Below the pieces are notes generated by a model. It saw nothing but the letters and a program-made list of their open reading frames with translations, was not told where the DNA came from and did not search any database. From assembly GCA_963837175.1 (NCBI GenBank), contig CAWIMJ010000016.1:32001-96000 (forward strand): a stretch of DNA of 64,000 nucleotides. Reading direction: 5' to 3'. Both the position numbers and the translations under genes were made by a program. This stretch comes from an uncultured Nitrososphaeraceae archaeon (GTDB lineage Archaea; Thermoproteota; Nitrososphaeria; Nitrososphaerales; Nitrososphaeraceae). Below are positions 10,121 through 20,255 of this stretch, one piece after another (positions within the stretch are counted from its first letter, which is position 1; every line of letters begins with the position of its first letter).

Positions 10121-10519
10121 TTTAACATCTATGTAGACTCTACAAATCTAGAAATCTGGGCGTCACTTCACTCAAAAGTGAATTGGAGAAAGATAGGATG
10201 AGCAGTACCTTAAAGAGAGTATGGCACATTGCAAGAAACATGCTTAGTTAGACGCAGAAAATAGAATGATAGTGGTAGTAGCAGTACCATTCTCTACAGA
10301 AGATGCACACAGATGTTGCAGGCATGCTAAATCTTCGTTATAAGATGAAAGTGATTTGATAGCTGCTCACTCAGCTAGATTCCATAAATTGGTAAGAGCA
10401 GACTACAACTAACACCAGTAGCAAATGAATACACATTAGACAAAGAACAAAGATCATTTGACGATATACTTGATGCTTTTAGATTAGCTTTGATATTCTA
10501 CAAGAGGACTAAGGAGTAG
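10121..10519 (+). pseudogene. Terminase large subunit-like C-terminal nuclease domain relic
   Basis: FNIYVDSTNLEIWASL...VVVAVPFSTE...RFHKLVRA...VANEYTLDKEQRSFDDILDAFRLALIFYKRTKE*; DDxxDA is the terminal RNase H-fold motif; several stops and frameshifts. Confidence 0.75.
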
Positions 10520-10531
10520 TTGTTGATTGTG

Positions 10532-10640
10532 TTGTTGATGGTGATGATGATTATGGTTCATTCATTCAGAGTTCGATAATGTGCTGTTACTTATCATACA
10601 AAATAAGATTTGAAGCATCAACAAGACAGTGAGGGAGAGA
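10532..10640. repeat. Non-coding repeat family B, copy 2, directly after the terminase stop
   Basis: Matches 8943-9040; closed by 9-bp stem TTGTTGATG/CATCAACAA. Confidence 0.85.
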
Positions 10641-10974
10641 GCTAGAGAGAGAAGTGATGCTGCTGCAAAGTTATGTTGACTATATATTTACTGAATATTG
10701 AACAGAAAAGTCTACTACAAAAGCTATAGCCTATGTAGACAACATAGATTGTACATGCTCCTACAAAGAAGGCGAATTGTTATCAAAGCAGTAGGTAATC
10801 AAATAGATATAGAAGACATTGTAGGTTCAAAATATGCTGCTATAACCTTCCATTCTATAGCCTGGATTAGCATATCTATCAACGTTACCATATACAGGAC
10901 TGATACACCAACACAGAGCTGTCAAAGTAGCCATTTCATAATTGCGACTAAACTAAGGAGCAGCATCGAGGCTT

Positions 10975-11340
10975 ATGATCATTATTGAAAGTTTGGCACC
11001 AACTGCAGCAACTCTAGGAGGTGTCTTCTTTTTAGGTGTTCTAATTGGATATGCCTTGAAGAAAGCAATCAAATTGGTAGCTGTAATATTCGGATTATTT
11101 CTAGCTGGATTAGCATACCTACAATCTCAACAGATAGTTAACATAAACTAGAATAAACTTCAACAAATGTCTGAAGGTACTATCATAACTCTTTCAAATG
11201 CAATAACACAGATTCCAGGTATTAGCAGTAGTGTCGATAGCAGCCATGCTCCAACAGCTTCAGTAGCAATGACAAACTTTGGTATTTCTCTCACAGGTAG
11301 TATGTCAGCTGGATTTAGAATTGGATTTATTAAAGGATGA
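10975..11340 (+). pseudogene. FUN14-family membrane protein with internal TAG at 11149-11151 (missed by ORF track)
   Basis: MIIIESLAPTAATLGGVFFLGVLIGYALKKAIKLVAVIFGLFLAGLAYLQSQQIVNIN*NKLQ...GSMSAGFRIGFIKG*; stop sits at the conserved INW Trp. Confidence 0.85.
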
Positions 11341-11557
11341 TAGAAAGAGAGTATGAAAGAAGTATTTCTTTACCAATAAACTAAGAAATATTTTATTAGT
11401 CTTAACCTAATCTAGTTAGTATCTTATCCAATGTTCTAGTAGATGGTATGCTACGAAGACAAACCAAACTCAACAAAGCCTTAGATAAAGTCTCTCGCTT
11501 GCCAGGTTGGCTATAATTTTCTTTTTATTCCATGGTTATTGATTATTATTATCATTG

Positions 11558-11941
11558 TTATTTTGCATCTATTATACTCTTTAGTCTTTCTATCAATATT
11601 ACGTTTTGGATTGGCTTTTGAATATAGCAATTATCATCTAATGCTGGAGATAGTTCCTTTCTAAACTGCTCATAATCCATTTCACCTGCTGTCAGAAAAC
11701 AGACCTTAACTTTGTCATCTATCTTCTTTATTTGCTCATACAATTCAAAGCCATTCATATTTGGCATTCTGATATCAAGAACTAAGAGCATATACTTATC
11801 AGCTTCTACTTTAACACTCTCCAATGCTAACAAAGGATCAGTAAAGGAATCGACTTGGAATCCACTTTCTTCTAAAACCATCTTTATCGCTAAATTCACA
11901 TCAGACTCATCGTCTACTATCATAACTCTCTTGTTTATCAT
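11558..11941 (-). CDS. Stand-alone response regulator receiver domain
   Basis: MIVDDE, LDIRMPNMNGFE, FLTA, KP motifs. Confidence 0.93.
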   Translation of the reverse strand: MINKRVMIVDDESDVNLAIKMVLEESGFQVDSFTDPLLALESVKVEADKYMLLVLDIRMPNMNGFELYEQIKKIDDKVKVCFLTAGEMDYEQFRKELSPALDDNCYIQKPIQNVILIERLKSIIDAK

Positions 11942-12306
11942 TGGTTAACCATCGTCTTTACATTAAGTCGTTGATCGATAATTGGCAGAGTAACGTAAAA
12001 GGTATCTCCTTTTTCTCTATGAGTATTAATATTATTATTCTCGACCCAATTCTTGCCACTATGGAATTCAATTATGATTTTAACAATAAACAACAATCCT
12101 AATCCATTAGCTTGATAAGACTTTGAATTAAACTTTGAGAATAGTTGTGGCAATATTTCAGAGTCTATACCAGTACCTGTATCGTTTACTTTAACAGCAG
12201 CATGAGAATGTTTCTTTTCTGTGATAATAGTCATTGTACCTTCTCCTCCTTCTTCTTTAGCAAATTTCACAACATTACTTAATGGATTAGATATAACTTG
12301 AATCAA
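11938..12306 (-). pseudogene. Histidine kinase HATPase_c fragment
   Basis: Degenerate N box, DTGTGI, GLGL, G-TF; no HisKA or sensor domain. Confidence 0.8.
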
Positions 12307-12750
12307 CCAACTTCAATCTACTTTTATAAATACATCTTCCTCAGATTGGAATAATAATATGTCATTACTAGGGTTAAACTTTGTTCTTTGTTAATCATCA
12401 TGATTATAAACTCTGAAGTTACTTAACTACTTAGGTAAAGCCGACTTGTGATATGTTGACATATTTGTATATAATATGCAATGTTTATCTTTTATCATAT
12501 TTCATTGCCTTCACAGCCTTCATCATCATTGGACATGAAAAAGTAAACAAGACAAACAATCTATTGCCTAGAAATGCTACAGACACTCGAGATTCTAGGA
12601 ATTGTGAGAGTGCGAAAGAATATAAAAGATATCTGCAAGTCAATTCCTCTTCAGCATGAGAATTGAGCAGTATTACACTATATAGCTGAGCAAAATCTAC
12701 TATAAGATATAGGATATATCTTTCTATATATTATGTAATAATTATTATGT

Positions 12751-13029
12751 ATGAAAAAAGTCCGCCAGCAGTCTGTAATAGTATTGACTGCAGCAGCAGC
12801 CATTCTCATTTGGATATCGATAGTAGCAATGATAATACCTCAAATAGTATTTGCAAATAAGGACGAAGGAAATCCATCTTCATCAACTGATGATTGCAAA
12901 TCTGATCAACTACCTGCAAGTATAGACGGAAAGATAAGATGTATGGGACAAGGAGAATGTTACTCAGAAGACTTTGAGATTGATGGAAAAGAAGTAAAAC
13001 ATTGTAACTTTATGATGAGTAACCAATAG
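12751..13029 (+). CDS. Small secreted protein with four Cys
   Basis: Signal-like N-terminus ending VFA; two IDGK repeats with Cys. Confidence 0.6.
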   Translation: MKKVRQQSVIVLTAAAAILIWISIVAMIIPQIVFANKDEGNPSSSTDDCKSDQLPASIDGKIRCMGQGECYSEDFEIDGKEVKHCNFMMSNQ

Positions 13030-13186
13030 ATAGATAGATAGCTAGAATAAATAACATAAATATATTGCTCAGACTGTAAAATGAATTGATTACGAAGCTG
13101 TTGTTGGTTTTGAGCTTTCTCTTGTTGTCATTTAATCAGATAATTTCTCACTCATCATTTAACTTTGGTAAAGCGAATTTGTTGTT

Positions 13187-13327
13187 TTAGATATTGGAAC
13201 AAATTATATAACACCTGTTAGATTTTGCTTCCCATATACCTAGTCCTACAGATATTCCAGTTATGGCTATACCTATGATTAAGAGTAGTTTTTGTTTTGA
13301 TTTGATATTATCTAGTTGATTTTGCAT
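13187..13327 (-). CDS. Small membrane-anchored hypothetical protein, possibly truncated
   Basis: MQNQLDNIKSKQK then one hydrophobic helix. Confidence 0.3.
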   Translation of the reverse strand: MQNQLDNIKSKQKLLLIIGIAITGISVGLGIWEAKSNRCYIICSNI

Positions 13328-13660
13328 CGTTATCTTTCTGAAGCCGTAATTTATAAGATTATTGATAATTATGCTTTGTTGCATAATTCGGAAAAACAGT
13401 CGTTTCTAGATGGTTTCAGGATCAACTATGAATAGCTCAGAAGTGATATCTGTCATTTGATTAAAGTTTTTCAAACTTATTGACTAATATCAGATTCATG
13501 CAACAAAGCAGATAATTATAATCTCTAAAATACAGATTCCATAGAATTAGACAATTTATCATGCAATTTCATCTATCAATAGGAATTATTGGTAATTATT
13601 CCCATGTTATGACAGCCTAAATCAACTATATTGTCAAGTCGAAAAGCATTCATTATTCTC

Positions 13661-14494
13661 TTATTGAATATCCCAATAGATAGTTGTGTCTTCATTATTT
13701 GAAGGCGCTGGCTGTGGTTGGGATTCTTCTTTCGGTACAACCACCTTATCTTTTTCCTCTTCCTGCTGTTGCTCCCGAATAGATGGTGATGATGATGAAG
13801 TAGATGGAGATGGTGTTATTGAAACAGAAGGAGTTGTTGATTCTGGACTAGTAGTACTTGTTGTTGTAGTCACAGTTTTAGTATCATTATTATTATCTCC
13901 CTTTACAGGAGGCAATATAGAAGAAGATGAAACAGTTTCACTAACATTATTCTGTTGTTCTTCTTTTGCTGCTGACGTGGCCCTTTCAGAAGAAGAAGAT
14001 TCCATTATTCCAGTAACATCTAAACTATAATATGTTGTTAAATTGACAGTACCTCCGCCATCATTATTATTATTAAGACAAGATAATTTAGAAGTTAGAA
14101 TGTTTGTTCCGTTTGTAATAAGATGATAATTGTTAGTATATGTATAATTCCATCTAGAATAGTCATCTACTCCTCCAGGACCTGTTGCAACAGCTTTCTG
14201 AAATGGCTTTGTATTATTCCAATCAGCATATACTGTACAATCAGAAGTTACATTATCTGTAGATATTCCTGAAATGGTAAGCTGGCCAACTGGCACTTCA
14301 TCGGCAGCAGGTGATGTAATCTTTACGCCCATTATCGGTAACTGTTGTTGTTGTACTTGTGCTTGTACATATAAAGTACGATAATAATAATAATAATCTG
14401 GAAGAGCAAAATAAAGAAGGATTATTATTATTCCAAAAGTAAACAACAGTAGTTTAAGTTCTTTTATTAACTTGAGCTGGCTAGACCTTTTCAT
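13661..14494 (-). CDS. Secreted protein with Ig-like domain and S/T/Q-rich tail
   Basis: N-terminal TM segment; VKITSP...LTISGISTDN..DCTVYADWN...YSRWNYTY...LTSKLSC. Confidence 0.7.
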   Translation of the reverse strand: MKRSSQLKLIKELKLLLFTFGIIIILLYFALPDYYYYYRTLYVQAQVQQQQLPIMGVKITSPAADEVPVGQLTISGISTDNVTSDCTVYADWNNTKPFQKAVATGPGGVDDYSRWNYTYTNNYHLITNGTNILTSKLSCLNNNNDGGGTVNLTTYYSLDVTGIMESSSSERATSAAKEEQQNNVSETVSSSSILPPVKGDNNNDTKTVTTTTSTTSPESTTPSVSITPSPSTSSSSPSIREQQQEEEKDKVVVPKEESQPQPAPSNNEDTTIYWDIQ

Positions 14495-14699
14495 GCTTTA
14501 TACTATAGCTCTCTATACAATATATCTAATAAGTGAAGATTCTATTGGTATGCAGCCAGCGAAATAATAACAGATCGTATACTCTTCAGCATTACCATAC
14601 TACCTATGAAGATTTAGCTGTAGGATGTGGTGGTAGTAGTGGTATTGGAATGTGAAATTTTAAAAGCTATGCAATATTATTTAAGGAAGATGTATTGAC

Positions 14700-15605
14700 T
14701 TGGTGGCTATTGATATAAGCCTTGAAAGAAATAAATATGCTGCTGGAGAAACAGTGAAAGGAATACTTACCATCTCTGAAGATAAGGAGTTTAAGGCACA
14801 AAGTCTTGAACTATCAGTTTCTGGAGAGGAGAGAATAATAGAAATAAGTGATGAAAAATCTTTTGAGACTAGAAGAATAACAGCCCAAGTATCTAATATT
14901 TTCTTCTCAAAAGACCTTTCACACTTTCTAAATTCAATAGGAACAAAGGTAAAAGATGATGATAATGATAATATGCTGCAAGTGCCGGGTGGTATTACAA
15001 AAGTCCCTTTTGAATTTACCATTCCAGATGATGCTCTAGAATCTTATGAAGGTAAATATGCAATGACAATTTACAAAATAGAGGCTGCAGCTAATATGCC
15101 AAGGAGACTAGATATAGGCAAAAGTTTGTCATTCAACGTCTTTAATCAGAAGAGAAAGAATATGAAGTTTGACAGGGCTATTATAGAGGAAATAAAAGAG
15201 AAAACAAATTCTGGTATAAGATTAGAGCTTGAAGGAGGAGATGACAAGAATAATACTTTCTCTCCGGGTGAAATTATAAGAGGAAAGATAATCATAGAAG
15301 ACTCTAAGATATCACCAAAGATAAGGAAGGCAGAGCTTATTTTAGGTGCTATAGAATTTGTTCAAGCTCAAAGAAAGAAGAAAAGAACTGAGATCTTTCC
15401 AAATTATAAAGAGAAAGTTAAAGGTAAAATTGAATGGAATAAAGATGATAATAGTAGTATTATTCAATTTGAGACGCATATTCCAAAAGATATAAGGCGA
15501 AGTTACCTTGGAAAGTATTCTGAATATTACTGGTTGCTTGAGGCAAAAGTCGATATACCATGGTCTGATGATTTGTCCGCCAGTACTATTATACAAATTG
15601 TTTGA
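14700..15605 (+). CDS. Arrestin/Vps26/SpoOM-fold protein with two related beta-sandwich domains
   Basis: YAAGETVKG...PFEFTIP...SYEGKY...YKIEA repeated as FSPGEIIRG...FETHIP...SYLGKY...WLLEAKVDIPW. Confidence 0.75.
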   Translation: MVAIDISLERNKYAAGETVKGILTISEDKEFKAQSLELSVSGEERIIEISDEKSFETRRITAQVSNIFFSKDLSHFLNSIGTKVKDDDNDNMLQVPGGITKVPFEFTIPDDALESYEGKYAMTIYKIEAAANMPRRLDIGKSLSFNVFNQKRKNMKFDRAIIEEIKEKTNSGIRLELEGGDDKNNTFSPGEIIRGKIIIEDSKISPKIRKAELILGAIEFVQAQRKKKRTEIFPNYKEKVKGKIEWNKDDNSSIIQFETHIPKDIRRSYLGKYSEYYWLLEAKVDIPWSDDLSASTIIQIV

Positions 15606-16244
15606 ATAAAGAGTAATAGTATTAGTGTGATCGGAAAATCCCTAAATTAACAATGGCCTATTGACGCCATCGTACTACTACTGAATTCAGATACTAATTG
15701 ATATGGTCCTGAATTCAATATCTTAGCAAAATGATTCAAAATATATATTTGATCATGTTGATCCAGACGAAGAGGATAATGAAATAATATATTCAATAAT
15801 TAATCGGCGAACACACAAATCCTACTTTATTTCTGAATGCTTTAGCTAGCATCTCAGTATCGTACTCTTAGGCCTTTATTCTAAGATTTAATTTAATAGT
15901 TCCTAAATAGTTGTTACTAGATGGAGAGTAGCTTGCATTTTATAATGGATTCATATCTGCTTGAACCCTAGATATAAGTGGGTTCACATAATATTGGTTA
16001 ATTATATCGTTACCAATATGAAGTAACTTATTCTCACAAGGTGTATTTAATTCTTACATATAACATGATTCAATAGTATGTTCTATTAATAACCCAGTTC
16101 TCGTTACAGGTTTATTTCCAATTATTTGTGACTGTATTTATTGAAATAACGAAATCTGAAAAGTTTGAATTTATCTATTGATAGAAGGACGTAGGCTAAG
16201 TACCTGATAAAAAATACAATTAGAACACAAGATATTACTATCGT

Positions 16245-16568
16245 TTATTTATTGAATTTACGATAAATTGCTATTAGATTATTGCATCTTCTACATCTAT
16301 ATTCTCCTTTCTCAATAAGGATAATATCTTCGCCTAGTCTTTCATTTGGATTTTCATAACTTATTATTGGAGAACCAGCATATTCCTTTTCACATCTCTT
16401 ACAATAATATTTTGAAAATCTATCTTCATTTAATCTTCCTACATTTCCTAGGAATATATGAGGAACTCCAAGACTTGCTTTGATTTCTTCTTGTTCTGTT
16501 AGTTTTGCAAGAGCATAGCCACCTGATCCTAATAATTTCTTTTCCTCTAAATCTTCGTTCTTACTCAC
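16245..16568 (-). CDS. Zinc-ribbon hypothetical protein
   Basis: CKRC...CRRC pairs. Confidence 0.75.
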   Translation of the reverse strand: MSKNEDLEEKKLLGSGGYALAKLTEQEEIKASLGVPHIFLGNVGRLNEDRFSKYYCKRCEKEYAGSPIISYENPNERLGEDIILIEKGEYRCRRCNNLIAIYRKFNK

Positions 16569-16647
16569 ATATCCTATAGTGAATAGCTATAATTTTAATA
16601 ATACATCAACATTATTTGACATTGCAACAATCTAAGTGGATTCATTC

Positions 16648-16836
16648 TCACTTCTTCTTCTTCTTACTTTCTGCCATTCTAACCACTACAGTGATTTCAT
16701 TCTTTCTTGCTTCTAATGACCAATCTAATTTATCACCTGCTTTTAATCCCCATTGCTTTACAATAAACATAGGAATAGTAGTACGTAATGATGCTTTGTT
16801 TGGAGCATTTAATGCTAATGTTGTTGCCTCTCCCAT
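16648..16836 (-). CDS. AbrB/MazE/SpoVT-family DNA-binding protein
   Basis: SLRTTIPMFIVKQWGLKAGDKLDW swapped-hairpin motif. Confidence 0.85.
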   Translation of the reverse strand: MGEATTLALNAPNKASLRTTIPMFIVKQWGLKAGDKLDWSLEARKNEITVVVRMAESKKKKK

Positions 16837-16872
16837 ATAAAGTCTACAAGTAAATGATCATGTATTAAGTTT

Positions 16873-17006
16873 GTCTACCAGTATACCACCACATTTTATA
16901 ACTTATAGTATACCATAAAATAGGTATGAATAAAATAATAACTGTACTCGATAAAGAACAGGCACACACACAATACACAATACATTAACTCTTAGAAGGT
17001 GGTATA
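16873..17006. promoter_or_regulatory. Repeated GT(A/C)TACCA boxes upstream of the AbrB gene
   Basis: GTCTACCA 16873, AGTATACCA 16880 and 16907, inverted GGTGGTATA 16998. Confidence 0.5.
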
Positions 17007-17191
17007 GACTTACGTCGATTATATGCTTTAATGACAAATTAAGAAAAGTTTAACTAAAAGGGACTTAATGTTAAAATATTGCTACCACAATTTACTGTGG
17101 CTGCATCCTGTCAGCAAAAAAGATTGGAAGTAGACCTCGTTATCAGACTAATAAGTATATCTCGAATAGAGCATCTTCTATAGTGTTACCA

Positions 17192-17543
17192 ATGCAAGAT
17201 GCTACTGATATTGATTGGGACAATGTTGATAGGGCTTGGGATCCAACTCCAAACCCTCCACCAAATGGGACATGTAAATGGAGACTTGATAAAAGTGGTC
17301 CTGAAAGCCAATGGAGGAATTACTGCCAGGGTTATACTTGGGAATATAGGGGGAATTGACAGGGGCAGTGTGCGCCGGTTTGGCATAACTAGCGAAGCAA
17401 GTTCAAGAACAGCATCCTGTTATTTCAAAAGTATGCGCAGATGTTCTTCAGGTACACCTTTAAATCCTACTTCATGCGGTCCATGCAACGATTGGGCATA
17501 CCCATGTTGCTTTGATAATGGTATTTGTAAAAAAAAGACCTAA
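17192..17543 (+). CDS. Cys/Trp-rich small protein, apparently split at a G run (17192-17359 plus 3' part of 17199-17543)
   Basis: MQDATDIDWDNVDRAWDPTPNPPPNGTCKWRLDKSGPESQWRNYCQGYTWEY then another frame ...SCYFKSMRRCSSGTPLNPTSCGPCNDWAYPCCFDNGICKKKT. Confidence 0.4.
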
Positions 17544-17888
17544 GATTTTCATAAAAAAATGAATAAAAAATAGCTTGGAAATTAAAACCCAAGATCTTCA
17601 CAAAAGTAAAGCTAACTGCTATTCCATTTGATAAGATAGACTATTAGGATTACAACTGCAGTAGTTATGCCTGCAAGTAGTGAAAATATCTCTATTCTTT
17701 GTACAGAAACGAGATGATTGATCTGCGAATAAATTGTTGAAGTAGGTGTTATAAAAAAACAAAATATATGGGTTTTCCTAATTTGATATTTACGGCATCG
17801 TGTAAACCATTTATGAAACTCGAGCAAAGTTTACCACATAATACAAAACTTATATCTTTCATGATAGTGACTATGGATATACATAGAT

Positions 17889-18554
17889 ATGTCAGATTCA
17901 TTAAATCCGCGTGATCTGGGAGTTATTGTTAGAAACACACAGCCAGAGGACATTTCTAAAATAGTCAATTTGCAGATCGAATCATATCCGTATCTTTCTC
18001 CTTATGGAAATATATGGCGTTCAGAAGAGCTTGAAAGTCATCTTCGCATTTTTCCGCAAGGACAATTTGTTGCTGTTGAACCAGATGATACTATAGTCGG
18101 TTCTGCCAGTACTCTTATGGTGTCACTTAATCCTGAATATGCAGAACATACGTGGAAAGACATTACTGCAGACGGTTTATTTATAACTCATATTCCAAGC
18201 GGAGACAGTCTGTATTTAGCAGATATATCTACCCATCCAAAACACAGACATGAAGGTATCGGAGGCATGATTATTCACAGATGGAAGGAATTAGTTACGA
18301 AGTTAAATCTAAGGAGGATGATAGGAGGAGGAAGGTTATTTAACTACTGTGATCATGCAGTCAAGATGTCTCCATATGAATACGTTGGGAAAGTGATGAA
18401 AGGGGAATTAAAAGATCCTGTTCTCACATTCGAATTGAATATTGGGTTTAGATTTGTCAAAATACTCACAAATTACCTGGATGATGTCCGTTCTCTTAAT
18501 TACGCAGGTTTTATAGAATGGTTAAATCCAAATGCGCTCAAAGTCTCTAGCTAG
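17889..18554 (+). CDS. GNAT family N-acetyltransferase (YkwB-like)
   Basis: FPQGQFVAV, THPKHRHEGIG, GGRLFNY, LKDPVLTFEL motifs. Confidence 0.88.
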   Translation: MSDSLNPRDLGVIVRNTQPEDISKIVNLQIESYPYLSPYGNIWRSEELESHLRIFPQGQFVAVEPDDTIVGSASTLMVSLNPEYAEHTWKDITADGLFITHIPSGDSLYLADISTHPKHRHEGIGGMIIHRWKELVTKLNLRRMIGGGRLFNYCDHAVKMSPYEYVGKVMKGELKDPVLTFELNIGFRFVKILTNYLDDVRSLNYAGFIEWLNPNALKVSS

Positions 18555-18724
18555 CGGTTTATGGATTAAAATTGACGATATTTTAGGTCCCATACTCAAT
18601 CGTTTTATGAAGAATACAAATCAGGTAGTCGTTGGTCTGGGTTCGGTGGATTCGCTATCCTAGCACTCCTAATTTAGAACTCTTATTTCCTAGCTATAGT
18701 CAGGCCATAAAGCATATTTCTGCA

Positions 18725-19672
18725 TCAGCCAATTGCATAGAATATTCGCCAAATTATAAACCCTGTTACTACTATCAATACAATACCAATAATCAGTTTC
18801 AAACTTCCTTCACTGAATCTATTGGTATATTTCGCTCCCATGTATCCTCCAAGCATTGCAGCAGGACCCATTGTGATCATCATCAGAAAGTCAACATTTC
18901 CGTTAATTATATGTCCAACCAAACTAGATGCACCAGTTAAAGATGATACTGCTAAATTTGTTCCAATTGCTACTTTGGTTTCCATTTTTAAGACAGAAAT
19001 CATTGCAGGCAAACGTATACTTCCAATGATTAAGCCTACAAGTCCTCCAACGAATCCTATTCCAAATCCTATGAACGATTCAGTAAAAATAAATTGCTTG
19101 TTATAGACTCCTGAAATATTTGAAGAATTAGAAGGACTAGAACGAAGAGCACTACTAGGATCATGAATCAGATCCAAATTGTTGTTATCTTCTTTGTTGT
19201 TATTGCTTCTTCTCATCTCTTCGTCCTTTTTCTTTCTTGAACTCTTAATTAATACAAATGCTTCATACAAGACTATTATTGCTATAATACCAAGTAATAG
19301 AGTAACAGGAATGTATTTTGTGAAGACGGAACCAAAGAAACCGCCAGTAGAACCTGTGGCAGCCATAATTAAAAACGTTTGAAGAGAGATGTTTTTTTGT
19401 CGAAAATGTCTAATAGCAGCAGCAGCCGCTCCAAAAGTGCTTACTCCAATATTAGTCCCGGCAGCAACACTTACTGAAGAAGAAGAAGGAGAGGAAGGAG
19501 AGAATGAAGATTCAACTCCTAAAATGATAAATGCAAGTCGCAATACTCCAAGGACAAGTCCAACCATTCCGCCTACAAATCCAACTACAAAACCCAATAA
19601 AACAAGAATGATAGCAATAACTAAATCAATATTAATGGTCTGGAGAAGCTTATTCCCTAATAAAAGTTGCAC
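18725..19672 (-). CDS. TauE/SafE (DUF81) sulfite exporter family membrane protein
   Basis: Duplicated GFVGG(M/L)VGL..G..RL motif, AxGTN repeats, about 8 TM helices. Confidence 0.88.
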   Translation of the reverse strand: MQLLLGNKLLQTINIDLVIAIILVLLGFVVGFVGGMVGLVLGVLRLAFIILGVESSFSPSSPSSSSVSVAAGTNIGVSTFGAAAAAIRHFRQKNISLQTFLIMAATGSTGGFFGSVFTKYIPVTLLLGIIAIIVLYEAFVLIKSSRKKKDEEMRRSNNNKEDNNNLDLIHDPSSALRSSPSNSSNISGVYNKQFIFTESFIGFGIGFVGGLVGLIIGSIRLPAMISVLKMETKVAIGTNLAVSSLTGASSLVGHIINGNVDFLMMITMGPAAMLGGYMGAKYTNRFSEGSLKLIIGIVLIVVTGFIIWRIFYAIG

Positions 19673-19678
19673 GTTTAC

Positions 19679-20203
19679 TTATACTATGATTTTGGAACAT
19701 GTAAATTCAAACGCGTTACCATATCTTATAATCGAAAGTCCAGTGCTACAAAGAGTACTGTTTGGCAGACAGCTTTTGAAAGAAGTTAACATCCTTTTGA
19801 TTTCTTCGATTGTAGGAGCACGATCATTTGCATATTTTCTTCCTTTAGGCATCCCACGTGTTATTTTATTCCAAGGAATATCGATGTCCATCTGTTTGCA
19901 GAATAATATTATAGGCCTGATATAATTTCTCAATGTAGAACCTGTTATTTCTTTTCGTTCTACTCTATTCTTATGAATTTGTAAGTATTTCAAGAGATTG
20001 TTGGCAAACCAGTTGATATCACTTTTTGCTTTTTCACCAAAGATGTTACAGCGATCTTCAATTGTGTCGTACCGCTCAATACCAATATAGTCAAAAAAAT
20101 AACCTAACCGCTGAAGATATTTTTCCCTGGTTATAGGGGATCTTATAGCTAAGGTGAATATCGAATAAGGACTTGAATTTAATTGAACCGGTTCTTCTAT
20201 CAT
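19679..20203 (-). pseudogene. Tyrosine recombinase/integrase N-terminal fragment next to the tRNA
   Basis: SPITREKYLQRL...STLRNYIRPI...NDRAPTIEEIKR then unrelated sequence; paralogue of 6654-7325. Confidence 0.85.
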
Positions 20204-20255
20204 TCTTTGTTACCTTTTGTTATATTAGAACCCTAATTAAGGACTGATATCGGAT

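Larger units (their letters stand above)
1..20255. mobile_element. Degenerate integrated-element/provirus-like island at the 3' end of tRNA-Ile2(CAT); left boundary outside window
   Basis: Integrase starts 53 bp after the tRNA 3' end; second integrase with a tRNA-end remnant at 7.3 kb; terminase, PolB and HTH relics; many truncated genes; core genes resume after 20.3 kb. Confidence 0.7.

Noticed and set aside
11149-11151. Pyrrolysine or amber readthrough in the FUN14 gene
   Set aside because: TAG replaces a conserved Trp (one TGG>TAG change) in a region full of pseudogenes; no pyl genes in the window
13026-13041. (ATAG)n tract and poly-N/S/Q codon runs
   Set aside because: Short simple repeats common throughout the window with no sign of a specific function
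13439-13450. AGAAGTGATATC shared with the att-like region near 7367
   Set aside because: A 12-mer match is plausible by chance in AT-rich DNA and the flanks do not align
18638-18654. tgggttcggtggattcg as another tRNA 3'-end scar
   Set aside because: Short, gapped similarity that does not match the tRNA-Ile2 here and has no adjacent integrase start
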